In this document: positions 62,729 to 64,000 of the stretch, one piece after another
Position numbering within the stretch: position 1 is the stretch's first letter
Layout: each line of letters begins with the position of its first letter
Origin: an uncultured bacterium
Lineage (GTDB): Bacteria > Krumholzibacteriota > Krumholzibacteriia > LZORAL124-64-63
Length of the DNA stretch: 64,000 bases
Reading direction: 5' to 3'
Assembly: GCA_963732385.1 (NCBI GenBank)
Contig: CAVSZB010000002.1
Coordinates: 96,001 to 160,000, forward strand
Notes under the pieces: model-generated
Databases searched by the model: none
Told to the model about the DNA's origin: nothing
What the model saw: only the letters and a program-made list of their open reading frames with translations
Position numbers and translations under genes: made by a program

Positions 62729-64000
62729 TGATGTATCCACCGGCGGCAGCAACATCCGCCCGCGTCGCCCTGGCCGATGAGCAACGCCTGATCAGCTACG
62801 CCGCACTCGGGCCCCTGCTCGCTGCGGAACAGGCCTGGTTGCGACAGTCGGGCGGCAGCCGCTTCGCGCTGCTGGCCGACAACGGCTGCGGCTGGGCCGC
62901 TGACTGATCTCGGCCTGCACCAGGCCGGCCTGCTCAATGTGCCACTGCCGGGCTATCTTCAGCCCGGCACAGCTGCAACATGCCATCGCGCGATGCCGGC
63001 ATCGACACGCTGCTGACCGACCAGCCGGAACGCGCCATGCAGCTCGCCGCGGATTTTGTGCCGGCGGGTATCTCGCCGCAGACCGGACTGCATCTGTTTC
63101 GGCGGCACGGCTCACCATCACCGCAGCCGATACCGCCCGGCACGCTCAAGATCACCTACACCTCGGGCAGCACCGCGACGCCGAAGGGCGTCTGCCTGTC
63201 GGCACCGAGCCTGGAATCGGTGGCCACCTCACTGGCCGAGGCAACTGCCGACCTCGGGCTGACACGACATCTGTGCCTGTTGCCGCTGGCGACTTTGCTG
63301 GAGAACGTTGGCGGTATCCATGCGGCACTGCGCAGCGGTGCCAGCTGCATCATTCCTTCACTGACCACTACCGGCATGAGTTATGGCGGACTGGATCCGC
63401 AGAAGCTGATCGCAACGATCAGCGCACATGCTCCGTCCAGCCTGATCCTGGTTCCCGAACTGCTGCGCGTGCTGGTAATGGCGGCACAAAAGGGCTGGCA
63501 ACCGCCGGCCAGCCTGCGCTTCATTGCCGTGGGCGGCGCGAGCGTGGCGCCTGAACTGCTGGCCAGCGCCGCGCGACTCGGCCTGCCGGTCTTCGAGGGC
63601 TACGGGCTCAGCGAGTGCGGCTCGGTGGTCTGCGTCAACACGGCGACGGCGCAACGCCGCGGCAGTGTTGGCCGGCCCCTGCCGCATGTCCGCGTACGGC
63701 TCGACGGACAGCAGCAGATCCTGGTCAGCGGGCCGCTGATGTCGGGCTATCTGGGCGACGCTGCTCCGCCGGGCGCTGCACGCGGCGAAATTGCCACCGG
63801 CGATCTGGGCGAGATCGATGCGGATGGTTTCGTCTACGTCCGCGGTCGTCTCAAGAACCTGATCATCACCAGCCTGGGACGGAATATCTCGCCGGAATGG
63901 GTCGAGCGCGAACTGCAAATCGAAGCCCGCCATCGGCATGGCGGTGGTCTGTGGTGAAGCACGGCCGTATCTGGGCGCGCTGATCAGTCCGGCCGGCGCT
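62728..64000 (+). CDS. AMP-binding (acyl-CoA synthetase-like) enzyme; frameshifted, truncated at the window end
   Basis: KITYTSGSTATPKGV P-loop, LPLATLLENVGG, EGYGLSEC, TGDLG, GRLKNLIITSLGRNISPEWVE; TGATG coupling to the hemolysin gene. Confidence 0.9.

Overview
GC-rich (by eye ~63-65%) bacterial chromosomal window, most consistent with a free-living gammaproteobacterium (erpA-grxD, mrcB plus TPR lipoprotein, GTAG-family REP elements, VPLPA-CTERM proteins). It holds about 57 coding regions. I saw no rRNA, tRNA, CRISPR, transposase or integrase. About 13 genes, including housekeeping ones, are split by single-base indels. One indel is visible as a homopolymer loss by comparing two internal repeat copies, so I treat them as long-read errors rather than pseudogenes. 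Main blocks: Fe-S and cell-wall genes (1-7 kb); DUF1838 and a Tat flavin amine oxidase (7-10 kb); PLD and lemA-TPM-TPM; three VPLPA-CTERM genes, a K-channel and hicAB (15-19 kb); TetR-Rieske-SDR with a strong operator palindrome; mrcB; a periplasmic catabolic locus (atypical nitrilase, type II DMSO-reductase alpha/beta with no gamma/delta, MFS, methyltransferase, TonB receptor, second DUF1838, NOL-like SDR; 25-39 kb); ndvB-like glucan synthase; PQQ dehydrogenase; an oxidative-stress block (CIA30, fasciclin, secreted katG, oxyR); ECF-FecR-TonB transducer; and the start of a 'thermostable hemolysin'/AMP-ligase operon. Best candidate for an undescribed system (inference): at 51.0-57.4 kb, two secreted Ig-repeat proteins ending in dockerin-like modules sit just upstream of a small, possibly cohesin-like VPLPA-CTERM protein, which would be an exosortase-anchored cohesin-dockerin surface-display system in a proteobacterium.
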